From the NCBI RefSeq assembly GCF_009914755.1, contig NC_060927.1: a stretch of DNA of 64,000 nucleotides; one strand, given 5' to 3'. Of the stretch, positions 25,776 to 43,104 are shown piece by piece. The notes beneath the pieces were generated by a model, which searched no databases, was not told the DNA's origin, and was given only the letters and a program-made list of their open reading frames with translations. A program made the translations under genes and the position numbers. Source of the stretch: the human T2T-CHM13v2.0 reference genome, Homo sapiens. How positions within the stretch are numbered: position 1 is the first letter of the stretch; each line of letters opens with the position of its first letter.

Positions 25776-28133
25776 CCTTGTTGTTCAAAAGAATTATAGT
25801 TTGGGTATTAACATGGTCTATGGTCTTCCGTTTCCTTTTATGATCAACATGAAATCCTTAAATACAGTAATAAAAATTTCTAGTTCCACACCCACCCACC
25901 CACCATAAAAAAGAATGTAGACGTGAAAATGGCATGATACTTAATGATCAAGAGATTCTCAGGTAAAAATGTAAAGCAAGCCAGCATGATATTACTTATG
26001 GTTGTGATTCATTCTCTATGCTTCTCCCACTCCTGTCCACTCCCCTCTCCCCCACTATTCAAAAAGGAAAGGAAAAGCTGGATGTCTAGCTCTGACATTG
26101 CAAGGGTTGCTGATATTCTATTTTACTATGTTTGCTATGTTTTCAAAAGAACCAACATTTTAGAAGAAAAGGAACATCAGTTTATTTAATTTGGTTCTTC
26201 ACTTTTTACTCTAAATCAAAGTTCAATTTACCTTAAAGTTTTAAAAAAGGCTGACAGCTGAGGCCTTTTGGAAAGATCACCTCACTCTACAGAATGCTTA
26301 GGGGAAAAATTCATCAAAAGCAGACAGCAGACATCTACCATCCACCATAAATCAGCTTCCTTTTTCTTTTTCTTTTTTTTTCTTTAAGCATCTTCTTTAG
26401 AATACAGTGAGAAAGTCGTGTCATTTAACTTGGCTTTTTGAAAGGAATTTCAGAAATTATTTTAGTTTCTGGAATAAGCATAGGCGTAAACACACAGATT
26501 CAGTATATGCCTGAAGCTTGTTGATTTCTCCTAGATATTTAAAAACAGAACCGCTTGTTTTGTCCTTTTTCACTTGGCTCACAAAGTGACATGGCAACAG
26601 ACTATGTACTAATTTTCTGGGGTTTCAGCACTGAACCAAGAAGATGGCAGAAAAATGGATACAATCATTAAAGAAATTATAGGAACTAAATTAAGTCAAC
26701 CTAACAGTGAGGCTGATTTTCATAAAGGGCCTGTGTCCCCAAGGTAAGGAATGCATCCTTCCCATCATGGAAGTCAATGGATGGCACCTAACATGGTGTC
26801 CTCAGTGCTACAGAATTTATCTAACATTATCTGACTTGCCTGTTCCCATTAAAAGTATAACATATGTGATCAACTGTTGTAGAATAAAAACATTTGGCAA
26901 AGACAATGAATCCTACTTATAGGTCTGGTTTTGGGAATGAACCTTTACCAAAGGAGGGGAAAGGCTACTGATCCCATGATCCCATAACAGGATTGCCATT
27001 AAGCACTTTTTTATTTGAGGTAAGGCCAAGCATTTGGTTGTGGCACTGGCGGGACAACTATAAAGAAACCAATGTTCCACTGCTTATTAAGCTCCAGAGT
27101 CTCATTAATGCCCTTTACAAACTTAGGAGAGGTGTACTACTCTACCTTACATAATAAAGAAAATTGAATTTTAAAACATTGAAGTCATTTATCCAAAGTC
27201 GTTTAGCTAGAGAGTTGGAAGAGTCAGGATTCGGGCCCAGGACAACCTAATACCAGATACATGAGGCTGTGGTGCCTTTCCTCTAACCTTAAGTTGCTTT
27301 GAGAAGTTTGAGCTCCTGCTCTTTAGAAATATTCAACCAGAGGCTGTATGGCCTTTTGGAATTAATTTTGTAAAGAACTTAATCACTGGCTGGGGAATGC
27401 TAGTGATTCCTTCCCCATGAAATCTACTGATATTTCCATTATATGAGTCAATGGACAGTCTTCAACATGGGTTGCCATTTTCGGATTTCTCTGTCTTTCT
27501 CAATCTTGCTTCTAAGCAAGGCAATGATTCTTCCTATACAAAAGTCACTTTCTGCAATATCTGCCTAAATTTTTAAAACATTTGTGAACCCTGGTAGTGT
27601 CACCAAAACATCTGCTGACCTAACTAAATAATTTCATCTGATCATCCCAGCCTCGGTCCCATCTGTGGCTTTCTTCTCCCTGCTTATTAAGTTGAGATGA
27701 GTAGGCAGGACTAAAGTATCCCTAACATTTTCCTGCTTGTTTATTTAACAGCTATGGATATTTACATTTGCCTTCCTAACATATTTGGTATTAATTAAAA
27801 CTCACAGATTTAGCACAGCTCTTTCTATATATAAGGCACAAGTCAACAAACTAATCTTCAAAAAAACTTCATTTGGGTAAAGTGGGGGATACCTTCTTCA
27901 ACTCAGAAATCGGGAGTTTAATAAGCTAAGGCTACATTCAATGTAGTATGTTATATAGAACAAGGGAGAAGGAGTCCCAATTCCTGGCCTGGTGGACAAC
28001 AGCTAGAATATACCCAAGCTATTGTGATTCTTTCCGGGTACCATATTTTAGGAGGAACATAAACTAGATTGTTTCCAAAGAGGATGTGGATAATAGAAAT
28101 TCGAAACTACGTTGCAAGGGATTGTACAGCTAT

Positions 28134-28238
28134 TCTCCATGTTGGTCAGGCTGGTCTCAAACTCTTGACCTCAGGTGATCCGCTTGCTTAGGCCTCCGAA
28201 AGTGCTGGGATTACAGGCATGAGCCACGGCCCTTGGCC
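28134..28238 (-). mobile_element. Alu (AluS) 5' ~105 bp only
   Basis: ccatgttggtcaggctggtctcaaactcttgacctcagg...ggcc. Confidence 0.9.
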
Positions 28239-28282
28239 GCAAGAATTATCTTAATCACAGTCATTATTATAACAGAATAAGA

Positions 28283-28655
<373 letters not shown>

Positions 28656-28963
28656 CTACCGTCTTGGGCAGGTCATATTGCCCTCTCTGAGTTTCCATTT
28701 CTCTCTCTTTTTTCTTACTTAAGTGCATGGTCTAGATTAGGTAGCAGGAATGACAGAATCATGACATGCAAAATCAATCTGCACACATGTTCTGTCTGGC
28801 TAGCATGAACTCTCCAGATCATCAAGTCTGCCTCTCTATTTATCAATAATCACCTATTCACACATTTAACTTACCTGCCTGACCCAAGCAAGAGTGTTAT
28901 CCCCCAAGTTCTATTATATTTCTTACAGATCTAAAATTATATATAGTATCTCTTTCTGACTCA

Positions 28964-29164
<201 letters not shown>

Positions 29165-29290
29165 TTACTCAAAGCATTTTCAAAATTCCTGTCATCCTAA
29201 ATTGGAGAATAGTTTTATAGTATTTAGAAAGCTCAAAGACATTCATCCTTCCCTCAAGAAAGAACTTCCCCTAAATGAAGCTCTGACAAT

Positions 29291-30106
<816 letters not shown>

Positions 30107-31019
30107 AAATTACTTAAGGATACTGGTGCCACCATATTAAATTCAAGAAGTGGTAAAGCAAAGGTTGCTTGTCTCAGTCAAGTTTTTTCTTCATTGTTTG
30201 GCTTCACTAAAGTACCAAAAATAAGACTATTGAAATCAAATAGCAGAAAGTTAGAATGCTTTCTAAAAAACTAATCACTCCTGCAAGGCTCACATAATAA
30301 CAGCCAGCTATGGGTAGAATGACTTTATTCACATCTATTAATAAATGGCAAAGATGAAATGCAGCAGTGGAGGCTCAGATTTTTCCAGTTGTGGTAGAAC
30401 ACACAGGAGTCCCAGTTTGAACCTTCCTACAATTTAATTTTTAATATCTCTGCTTTAGAAAATACTACAGTGGCATTACTTTAAAGAAATCATTATCTTT
30501 TAGAAAATGTGAAAAATGTGTTTAAGAAGATAAAAACTGCTCCGTACAGAGAATAATATTCTCCCCTTTAAACTCCAGGGACAAAGCAAATTTTCCAGTG
30601 TCATTTTACTGTAGCCCACCAGGATTTTGACAAAGCAAACCTAGTGCTAAGAAACTCCTTGAAACTTGAAACCAGCAAAGAGCCTCTTGGTAACTTAAAT
30701 AGATGAATTTCAATTTTAAAGCCACTGGGCCTGAAAAAAAAGAAATGCCTTTTTTAAAAAATTGCAAAATTTGAACTCAATAGTGGCTTTCTTACTGAAG
30801 AAAATAATAGGAAAATATTCTTTAAAAGTTGTCGATCTGTTTTTTTCTGATGACAAAAATAAATAATGAGTAGACAAAACCAAATGATTACTTAGGTATA
30901 TAATCCTCATATATGCATATACTGGGGTTTTTACTTGGTTTCCTTTTGATCTTTTTATAAAAATGAGCTCACATTGCACATGCACTTTGAACTTCCTACT
31001 GAAAGTTCATAAGCGTAGT

Positions 31020-31187
31020 AGAGCATGATGTTGTGTACCTGTAGTCCCACCTATTCAGGAGGCTGAGGCAGGAAGATCATTTGAGCCCAGGAGTTTTAGG
31101 CTGCAGTAAGCTATGATCGCACCACTGCACTCCAGTCTGGGCAAGAGAGCAAGACTCTAAGAAAAAAATATAAAATAAATAAAAATA
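31020..31187 (+). mobile_element. Alu right-arm monomer (FRAM-like)
   Basis: cctgtagtccc...ctgcagtaagctatgatcgcaccactgcactccag; TSD aaagttcat. Confidence 0.85.
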
Positions 31188-32349
31188 AAGTTCATCAATA
31201 TCACACAAAGCCTCCTAGAAATAAACAGTCCCAGGCCCCATCCAGGTACAAGCTGCAATTTCACAGCATTTCAAGGTGATGGACATGCAATTGAAAAATG
31301 AAGAAGCCATAGCCGGGAAGATACTTTATGGAGCACCATTCCCTATTTGACTTTGATGATAAGATGTAGATGTTGATAACACGTGTCTCTGGACACCAAG
31401 GAAGATAAGTGTCTACCTGGGTTTAAAAATGTGCCTACTATCTCTATGTAACAGTGCCTGTTAAAAGCAAAAAAGGTGAGAAGGCATCTTCAAGTTCAGG
31501 TTTTCGGATAGAAGGTGGCTGGAAAGAGCTTTCCTTTGTTGCATCACTTCCCCAGTAAAGTAGCTTGAATAACCATCAGTGAGATAGCCTCTCCTGTCAA
31601 AACCTCCAACTAAAGTCACAGTATCCAACAGGGCCCTTGGGCAAAGATGTTCACTTTCAAAATTCACCATGAGGAGATTTACGTGCCATCTGGGAGGATT
31701 GCTATCTTGGGCCCATGATGCTATTACTGCTCTCATGAACCTTATTACTGAGAGGACAAGAAAGGTGAGAGAGGCAGAAGAAGACACATCACTGGCAAAA
31801 ACTGCTCTGTCTGCTTACCATGAGTTTATTTTAGACTCCTGCCTGCGGAAATACAACCAGTGTGTCAAGGCCTATGTGGCCATTCAGCATTTCCCAGAGA
31901 CTCTATGACTTCTCCTAGTTCCAAAGACTGTCTCATAGAAAACTAACATCAGAATTCCCACTTTTTTCATCAAAATTGGTCAAGCACTAATTATTAAAAG
32001 TATGAAAAATGCTACCATATGTTCATCTTTTAGTTGCCTTCTAGGTACCGTAGGGCATTGGTGATTTAAGCTCCCATCCATCCTGCCACGTGCAGGAAGA
32101 AACTGACACGAGGAAACCCACTGGCCAGCTCTTGTTCTGATAATGTCCAGCAACCCTTAATAGGGGCAAGGTACTCTACATGCCTCAGTTTACTCTTGTG
32201 TAAATGATACCTGTGTGCCTCAAGTGTTTCTCAAAGTATGACTCACAAACCATGAGAGCTGAGGGACAGGTATGAAAGATGCTTTTAATAGGTAATGTGA
32301 GCATTAGAAAAATATTAGATGTTTGCATATAGGCGTATCCTTTTTTAGT

Positions 32350-32664
<315 letters not shown>

Positions 32665-32693
32665 AAATTATTTTATTTTTAAAGAAGATTACT

Positions 32694-33003
32694 GGGCAGG
32701 GTGTGGTATTACAGATTACACCTGTAATCCCAGCGCTTTGGGAGGCCAAGGCGGGCAGATCACCTGAGGCCAGGAGTTCGAGACCAGCCTGGCCAACATA
32801 GCGAAACCCCGTCTCTATTAAAAACACAAAAATTAGCCAGGCATGGTGGCATGCACCTGTAGTCCCAGCTACTCAGGAGGCTAAGGCAGAAGAATCACTT
32901 GAACCCAGGAGGCAGAGGTTGCAGTGAGCCGAGATTGCACCACTGCACTCCAGCCTGGGTGACAGACAGTGAATCTGTCTCAATGTCTCAAAAAAAAAAA
33001 AAG
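32694..33003 (+). mobile_element. Alu (AluS)
   Basis: Full dimer; TSD aagaagattact. Confidence 0.95.
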
Positions 33004-33595
33004 AAGAAGATTACTCAGCAAATATCAGCTCAGATAGTAGGTGAATATGAGGTGGAAAGTCCTAAAGGTGTTTCTTAATTATTTCAGGTAGTATAGCACC
33101 ATGGGCAAGTGAGTATCTCTTTACAGAACACAGGGAAACATAGAGATATTTTATTTCATCATAAATAAAGAAAATTTTATAACTGTGTAATATAAAAGCA
33201 CAACCACAGTTTACATGTCTGCAATTTGTTTAAAACTAGCTATCAAAATAAGGTATAACCAGCCTTCTCCAAATGTGATTAATAGTTATTTGCTATTTAG
33301 CTTATAATGTTTTATGTTCTGCTAGCATTAGAAAGCAAATAAGCTAGTCAGCACAAAAAATTTTGAAACCTTTAATAAAAAACAAAATCTAATGGATTTA
33401 ATTTTATTCAATAAGCCTCATCATTATTTGACTCTCCTTCAGCCTAACCCAGGAATCCCCAGTGCTGTATGGAGCATGCTATGAGAAGCAGGGACTAGTT
33501 GGAGTCTGAAGTCCATTCTATGAGGCTAGATCATGTAAGACCTTAATTTATGGTTTGACTATTTTAAAAGAATACTGTGGCATCTTTTATAACCT

Positions 33596-33893
33596 GGCCA
33601 GGCGCGGTGGCTCACGCCTATAATCCCAGCACTTTGGGAGGCCGAGGCGGGTGGATCACAAGGTCAGGAGTTCAAGACAAGCCCGGCCAAGATGGTGAAA
33701 CCCTGTCTCTACTAAAAATACAAAAATTTGCCAGACTTGGTGGTGGGTGCCTGTAATCCCAGGGAGAGGGTGAGGCAGGAGAATCGTTTGAACCTGGGAG
33801 GCGGAGGTTGCAGTGAACTGAGATCATGCCACTGCACTCCAGCTTGAGCGACAGAGCAAGACTCCGTCTCAAGAAAAAGAAAAAGAAAAAAAA
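33596..33893 (+). mobile_element. Alu (AluS)
   Basis: Full dimer with poly-A. Confidence 0.95.
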
Positions 33894-34059
33894 GACAACA
33901 ATATAACCTATTAGGCCCAATCCCTTCCTTGTAGGGGCCAATTTCCTCTTTCCTCATCAAAACAGAGACTTTATGAACCTGTGTCTCCCTGTTAACATTG
34001 TCAGACCATAGAGAAAAGCCATTCCTTCTTTGTCTCTTCTGCACTGATTCAGGGGGGAC

Positions 34060-34345
34060 TTGAGTACAGCTGTCCATCATGAGACCCTGGCTTTTTCACC
34101 ACAGGAGTGGGCATGGGACCTGGGATGGCCAATCACCACCAATGTAGGCAAAAGACCTAACTGAGCCAACTGAGTTCTCTGCAGAGAATGATCATGGTGC
34201 TACAAGGGAGGGACACCTCTTTCCCTGGGATCAGCAGCCATAAGAAGGAAGTAGGCCAGGAGCTGCCACATGGAGAACACTTCGTGAGAGTGAAGCAAAC
34301 ACAGAGGAAGCAAACAGGGAGCAGAGAAAAGGAAAACGAGACAGC
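34060..34345. mobile_element. Possible old MaLR (MLT1) LTR fragment
   Basis: gagtgggcatgggacc...ggccaatca...ggagctgccacatggagaac...agagaaaagg. Confidence 0.4.
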
Positions 34346-34624
34346 ATAAGGATAAGCTTCATAAATCAGGAAGCTAACAAACTTCAGGCTCACTGAGGGC
34401 AGTATTGCAGGTAAATGAGTCTAAGTTTGGGACAAGACATGTTTCCAGGGACCTGGTTTTACGACCCAGTTCCTGATTACTGCACAGGCTGATGAGAATT
34501 TCTTGCATTTACAAATGACAGAAAAGATGCCCAGAAAGCAATTAACAGCATGTGAATTTAAGGAGGGGAAGCAATGGGAGGAGGCAAGAATTGAAAGACT
34601 ACCAGATGAAAGTTACCAGGAAGC

Positions 34625-34825
34625 ACAGAGGTCATGAGGTCTGCAGAACTGGGTGAAGATACAGACTCCACCTCACACCAGCGTCCTCTTTGATCTACCA
34701 CGGACCAGTTTCCTCATCTGGTAAATGGCAAAAAAACTCTACCTGCCTGGCAGGACTGTTGTAAGAAATAAATGAAATCATATATGTAAAGTATTCATAA
34801 AAGTACCTGACAGAGTAGAAAAAGA
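34625..34825 (+). mobile_element. MIR SINE
   Basis: cagtttcctcatctggtaaatgg...gttgtaagaaataaatgaaatcatatatgtaaagt. Confidence 0.7.
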
Positions 34826-34925
34826 GCTCTCAAGTTCTCACCAACCCTGAATCACTATGATGTAGGAGTAATATATTAAAACAACAGCCAACACCCCCAA
34901 AAGATTAACAACCTTAAGAGTAGGG

Positions 34926-35254
<329 letters not shown>

Positions 35255-36839
35255 TCAGAATACACTAGCATAAGGTCTATCCATATCACTCGGATTGTCT
35301 GGCTGTGATGCTAATGTATATGCCTTGGAATTCTAAGTTACAGTCTCCTTGTTTATCATCTGGAAGTTCACAAGCCTACCTTCTGGAGAACATGGTGAAT
35401 TCAGAAGGAAAATGTAACTGTACTCTAATTTGTTTTCTTTGTGTCTCAGACTGCCTTGATTCGAGTGTTTATGCCTTAATCATACTTGAGTCTTTCATTT
35501 TAATGACTTTTTTAATTCGATATAAAGATTAAAATTTTTATATCTCATTGTGTTTTCCTTTTAATACAAGTTACTTGTGGTTGCTGAACAAGGTACAAAT
35601 TAGAACAATTTCTTCCCGGGAACGATATGAAGGAAACTTCACAGGAAGAGAAAAAAATTCCAAAGGATAAACAGGTTTATTACAGAAATTACACACTACA
35701 GATTCCCATAATGCTAACCATCCCAGTAACTAAGTGGCACATGGGCATCTGTTTCCATAGCCCCAGATCCACTGGCTAGTTAAAAAAAAAAAAAAAATTA
35801 ATTGCTAACAATAAGGTTTTGTTCTAACATTGGGTGAAACTTTTCCTGGTTATGAGTTTCTATATCTGACATATAATTCCGGCTAAACCAAAATTCTGTT
35901 TTACACAAGCAAAGAAGTCCTGAGCAGGGTGAAATGGTAGTTATCATCTTTGATGTTACTGTCAAAGGCGTGGAAGATACTTATCTTAATACCACTGTTG
36001 TCTCCACCATCTTCCTGTGATGTTTTTCACCCATGAATTTATTGAAAATGTATTTGAAATGAGCAAAAATTGTGTCCTGTATCCCTCTTGGATAATTAGT
36101 TTCTGAAGTCCATGTTTGTTATATATTCAAAATCTTCCTGGGGCAAAATTCTCCTTATTTTGAATGTCCAGGTTTTGGTGGAAAAGAATTCATAATAAGT
36201 GCTTTCATACTTTCCTTATAATCCTGTTGGCTTGTGTCCCCTAAAAACTCAGAGTCTACCAAGCTTTTGTTCACATAGTTTATGGATATACTGTGCACCC
36301 ATTCTTAACCCTGACATTTCACATCTGCTTGCCTAAGAGAAATGGCATACACAAAATGTTTTCCTATTTGGTGATGAACAAGTACATGGAACATATAGAT
36401 CACAAGTGATTTTTAAGTAAGAGGAAAACAAGAAATTCAACCAAAGAGCCAACTAGTACTGGGCCTATGTTCTGTGCCTAACAAGGGGTTCTAAGATACA
36501 CTAACTCGCCTTAGGCAATAGGGAGAAGATTTTGATTTCTGTCTTCACTATTGATAGCTACATGAGTCAATTACTTAGCCTTTCTAAGCTTCAGTTATAA
36601 AGTTAGGATAAAAATGTTGTCAACATCATGGGATAGTAGTGAAACAAGACAATGTATATGAATTTCATAGTACCCAGCATACAATAAGAGCTCAATAAAT
36701 ATTGGCTATTTTTATTATCATCATCATTCTTATCAACCCAAAGAGCCACATGAATGTAACCTACAGACTGATTGATCTCAAATGCATTTTTTTAATTCTA
36801 AAATTTCTGAAATCCTATGAATATAACAAAGTATTTTCA

Positions 36840-37140
36840 GGCTGGGCGTGGTGACTCCCACCTGTAATCCCAGCACTTTCTGAGGCCAAGACAGATAGAT
36901 TCCTTGAGTCCAGGAGTTTCAGACCAGCCTGGGCAACATGGCAAAACCCCATCTCAACAAAAAAATACAAAAAAATTTGCCAGGCATTGTCATACATGCC
37001 TGTAGTATCAGCTACTTGGGAGACTGAGGCAGGAGTATCATTTGAGCCTAGGACTTGGAGGTTCCAGTAAGCCTAGATTGTGCCATTGCACTCCAGCCTG
37101 GGCAACAGAGTGAGACCTTCTCTGGAAAAAAAAAAAAAAA
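36840..37140 (+). mobile_element. Alu (AluJ-like)
   Basis: Full dimer with poly-A. Confidence 0.93.
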
Positions 37141-37333
37141 TTTTTTTTAAGTGTTTTTTTCTCTTCTCACCCACTCTGCCAAAAAAAAAAAAAAAAAAAA
37201 AAAGCATCTTAAAGAAAACATAGTCCATTATGTGAATGGATATGCAGACAAAAAATGTGCAGTTACATACACCAAAGTATTAACTATGATTATGAAAGGT
37301 GATACTATATAGTTCTTTTTAACAGTGGTTTCT

Positions 37334-37634
37334 GGTCAAACACAGTAGCCCACACCTGTAATCCCAGCATTTTCAGAGGCGGAGGTGGGCGGGTTGCTTG
37401 AGCCCCAGGAGTTCAAGACCAGCCTGGGAAACATGGCAAAACCATGTCTCTACCAAAAATATAAAAAATTAGCTGGACATGGTGGCACATGCCTGTAGTC
37501 CCAGCTATGCAATGGCTGAAGTGGGAGGATCACCTGAACCTGGGAAGCTGAGGCTGCACTGAGCCATGATCACATCACTGCACTTCAGCCTCAGTCACAG
37601 AGTGAGACCCTGTCTTTAAAAAAAAAAAAAAAAA
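37334..37634 (+). mobile_element. Alu (AluJ-like)
   Basis: Full dimer with poly-A. Confidence 0.93.
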
Positions 37635-38881
37635 GTTTCTAATTATTCTTTGATGAATTTAAATTATTTGCAAAACAAAAACATTAAACAAACATTTTTG
37701 CCATAAATCCCGTACTTACTTAGTGTGCCCCAAATCTAGTCAAATAAATTACTATAAGAATTTTTTGTTGTCCTTCCTACTTAGTTTGCAATTTTTGCCA
37801 CTCCTTTTGAAATAGCTCATCCTCCTGTCTTCTACATAGGTGGTGCAGAAAGTATTTTAAAAATCAATGTAGCATTCTTTACTACTTGCTATATGAAACA
37901 CTACTGGCATATAGTTGGGTTTCTTTTTTTTTTTTTTTTATGGCTTCTGAATGTTTTACATTCCATTAATTAAATCCTACTCTCAATTGTTTTTTTAAAA
38001 AGGCCACACAAATATTAATGTCAAAAAAAAGTGATTAGGTAAGAGAATGGAAGATATATTTCCAAAAATTTTTCAAAGCCTCTGAGTCCCAGGAAACACA
38101 ATTTTTAAAAATGGTAACCCTTATTTAAACACATAATAAAAAGAGATCTTGTCAAATATATTAAATTATAAATTGGACATCAGTTTTGTACAGGCTGATT
38201 TCTAAACTGTAATAGAACACATCTGGGGTGATTTTCTGGCTCTCCTCGAATATTTGGTTTTCCAGGCAGCTGCAGGAAATCTCTGGGTAGACATACCACT
38301 ACAATAATTAATGCCAGCTTTCAGGCATCCCAATGAAAAAGAATTCATGACAGCAACAGAAAACGGTACTCCCCCCGCAACACACACACAGAATAACCAC
38401 GAATTTAATGTAAAACATGAATCCACAGGCCTCCAGCCTGGAGCAGCTGAAAGACATTTGTGTGATTCATGAACAAAGAGTCATTCGATCTCTTCCATCA
38501 GACTTTTCTGCATCTCAGCCACTTTTGTTTCTATCCATCACTGGCTGCTTCATTCATACCCTGGTTATGTCTGCACTGAACAGGGCTCCCTATTTCTATT
38601 ATACTACAGGTTCCAACAAGGAACCTTCTTCTACCCTCTCCTTGCTTTCATCTTTCATCTCCCTGAAGGGCACTGGGGCCTAGCACAGCACCTGGAACAT
38701 AGTAGATGCCCAACCAAGGCTGTGGGTAGATGGACTGTAGGGTAAGTGAGCATGTGCAAGGATAAAGAATGTATGAACAAAACGCAAACAGTGAAAACTC
38801 AAAGACTTTCTGGATTCTAAAATTATATTTATTAAGGGAAATATTCGACTTTTGAGAAGCAAACATACAGATAATGTGCTC

Positions 38882-39045
38882 ACTAGCTGTGTGACCTCAG
38901 AGAAGTTCCTTAGCCTCTCTGGGCTTCAGTTTTCTCATCTATAAAATTGAGACCCTAACAGTGCCTACTCAAGTGGTTGCTGTGAGGGTTAAATTAGTCA
39001 CCATTTGTGATGTACTTAGACGAATGACTGGAAAATACTATGTGT
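38882..39045 (+). mobile_element. MIR SINE
   Basis: actagctgtgtgacctc...ctctgggcttcagttttctcatctataaaa. Confidence 0.85.
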
Positions 39046-39158
39046 CAAGAAAAAAAGTAAGTACTGGCAAATAAATATCAGGTTCATTATCACCATTTTA
39101 CTAAAATAAAGGGACTATATTTGGCATAAATACCAAATGGACTTGAAAACCGTGCTCA

Positions 39159-39410
<252 letters not shown>

Positions 39411-39803
39411 TCAAATCCCACCTATTTGACTGCAGTGCTGTGTAATTTCTGGACCTCCGTGTGAACAATTTGTAAATGGAATTATCATAGTTCCCATTGC
39501 ATACGTTTTCTGTGAAAGATTAAATTAAATTATATAAAAAATTTAGCAAGAAAACTGGCATGCAGTAAACAATCAATAATCCTAACTAACACTACTATAG
39601 TTCTATTAGAGAGTGTGGTAAATCATGATTAAATAGGTATGCATAATAATTCATATGGTGGGCATCATTTATTCAGACATCAAATACTTAATGAGTACAT
39701 ACATCATATTAGGCCATTTTAGATACTGTATTCTTTAAAGCCCCACAACAGCCATGTGATACACAGTTTACAGCACTAACTTAATGAAGAAAATATTAAT
39801 TTA

Positions 39804-40155
<352 letters not shown>

Positions 40156-40164
40156 TCAAAGGGA

Positions 40165-40370
40165 AGATAACATTTGTTGAATATCCAGCACATTCCAAGC
40201 CCCATATAGTGCCCTTTACATATGCAATCTGTGTCCTCACTCCACACCCAGAAGATGGGGACCATGACTTCAATTGCACAGGTGAGGAAACAGCAGTTAA
40301 GCAACTTGCCAGGACCACTCAGGTCAAAGAGCCACAGTTCAAACTTAGACCTACCTGGCTTTTGACTCTA
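40165..40370 (-). mobile_element. MIR SINE
   Basis: acaggtgaggaaacagcagttaagcaacttgccaggaccac. Confidence 0.65.
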
Positions 40371-40527
40371 GATTTCTGCCCAACTTCTTAATATTTGCCA
40401 AACAGAAAAATACTAAGATGACTGAAGCCAGTCAAAATGTGTCTTCACTTTTAATGACTTTTAAAAAGACAACTCGCATCTTGGATCAAGTTCCTATTAA
40501 TAATTTTCCAAAGATTCCAATATACTC

Positions 40528-40752
40528 CAGAGGTCCTCAACCAGGGACAGTTATACCCCCCAGGGGACATTTGGGGATGTCCAGAGACATTAATGGTTAT
40601 CACAATTAGGAAGGTGCTAGTGTCATCTAGGGGTCGAGACCAGGGATACTGCTAAATAACTTGCAACACACAGAACAGCTGCCTGCTCCCAAACCCCAGA
40701 CAATGAATTATCCAGTCCAAAATGTCACCAGTGCATAGGAAAAGAAACCCTG
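40528..40752 (+). mobile_element. MER20 hAT DNA transposon
   Basis: caggggacatttgg...gagaccagggatactgctaaa...aagaaaccctg. Confidence 0.85.
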
Positions 40753-41691
40753 TAGCAACCCACAAAATGAAAATTTTTTGACTTTCCAAAAGTTGTACTT
40801 TGCTTAGTCATGCTCTAGAATTCCACAGGAATAACCACTTAGCCTCACTCATTTTTTTTCTTCACTATTAAGTTTACGCTTCAGTACACATTACTGCCAG
40901 TATGACCTCTTCCATCACACCCAGGGCTCTGGCAGCGTTAATGTGAGTGGTCCTCTTCTCCATGTAAATGTGCACAAATAGAATATTCTGGTCTCAAGAG
41001 AACACAAGCAAGTCCCAAATTTGCTTCTGGAAGGGCTCAGCCCAAGGTAAGAAGGGCCGGGAGGGGACTATATCAGATGCCATACACTAAAGCACTCAAC
41101 TTTTTTCCAAAAATAATTCATCTTCAACCCAGCAATGCAGTTTTCTTTGCCTGTGTGTTCTTGCATAAGGAACTGTGAGACGATTTAAAAAGCAAACTTT
41201 AGAAAGGTAAAGTTGAATCTCAGAACTTTCTAAGACCAAGAATTGCACAATCGCTTGACAGATTTATCCCCTAATTTGATGGCCTCTGCCCCTTCCCAGA
41301 AAAACTCAACTAAAGATTTATAAGTCTACTTAGATGAAAAGTTCTCCTGTGGCAACACAAGGCTTCTTTTAAAGTAACAGTCTAATAGTCTAATGAATTT
41401 TATTCGCACCATGGAGAGAAAGATCTTGATTCCTTAAGGTCTCCAAAAAAGATCTATCTTTGGAAAGTGACGAGTATGCTGTTAAGCAAAAGCAGTAGCA
41501 AGTAACTCTAACCTTTTTCTTACCAGCTAGTTCCTGTTATCGATTACATGTGATGGGAACATTTACTATCATGAAAATAACAGCACTAACAAAGAAAAAA
41601 AAATGACACTTGTAACACAGTCCTTAGTTTCCTAACACATTTGACAAACTTGAAAAGGGGGTGGTCCTGAGATCTGAGAACATGCTATCAA

Positions 41692-41998
41692 TTTTTTGGG
41701 GGGGGAAGGGCAGGGGGGACATCATCTCACTCTGTGGCCCAGGCTGGAGTGGACTGGTGCAATTACGGCTCACTGCAGCCTGGACATTGTGGGCTCAGGT
41801 GATCCTCCCACCTCAGCCTTCTAAGTAGCTGTGGACTACAAGTATGCACCACCAGCCCTGGCTAATTTTTGTACTTTTTGTAGTGACTGTGTTTTGCCAT
41901 GTTGCCCAGGCTGGTCTCAAACTCCCAGGCTCAAGTGATCCCCCCGCTTCAATCTCCCAAAGTGCTGGGATTGCAGGAGTGACACATCACGCCCAGCC
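41692..41998 (-). mobile_element. Alu (AluJ-like) with G-rich segment in the tail region
   Basis: Dimer; TSD atgct(a/g)tca. Confidence 0.9.
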
Positions 41999-42569
41999 TA
42001 TGCTGTCATCTTAAGATATACTGATTAATTTCAGTCAATGCTTAATTCTGAAATTACCAACTTGGCCTAAATACTTGCAAAAGCACTGAAGAAGATTTAA
42101 AGCAAAAGTTCTATAACCACAGTACTAAGGAGATTCAAACGACTAACAATGAGGTCCAAAACTATTGAGAGAAGAGCCTTGGAGAGCTAACTTGCATATG
42201 TATTCACAGAAAGTCTCAATACTCAAACTCAAGATTACACAGGGTCAGAAATGGTTAACAGCTGACTTAAAGTTTCCTCTTTGAGTGAAGAATCCATTTT
42301 TGAAAAAAAATTTTAACATTAAAAATAAATCATTACTTTGATCCAACAGATGAATAAGCCCCCTGTACAGTTTATGCTCATTTGCAGACTTGATTATAAA
42401 AAACGTAGGAAAATTAAGGAAGGATGGCCACCACATTATCAACCATGGGTTACAGAAGGGGGTTGATGAGAAGGAAAAGAATCTAGCCCACACGGGGCAG
42501 AAGAAGGGATTTGCACTGCTTATGGTATACTATGTAAGGGCCATGACTACGGGTGATTTTTCTGTTTTA

Positions 42570-42899
<330 letters not shown>

Positions 42900-43104
42900 A
42901 AAAGTTCGGATGGAAAACAGAATAGTACCTGCACACAGAGCCTTCCCAAACAGATACTGACACAATACAAGATATCTGACAGCATTCATTGAGTATACTT
43001 ACATGTGCTAGGCAGTAGTTGCTAATGGCTCCATTTGATCATCTGAACATTTGATTGTTTCATCTTCGCAAATGCCTATCTACCTTGATCAGGAAATGGA
43101 TAGA

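Noticed and set aside
35700-36330. Faint resemblance of minus-strand GAMETDAHVPLSY to a Penelope-type reverse transcriptase motif
   Set aside because: There are multiple stops and no YxDD motif, so it cannot be told from chance without a profile search.
41698-41718. G-runs with possible G-quadruplex potential in an Alu tail
   Set aside because: A quadruplex requires splitting one G-run, and it is on the strand opposite the inferred RNA.
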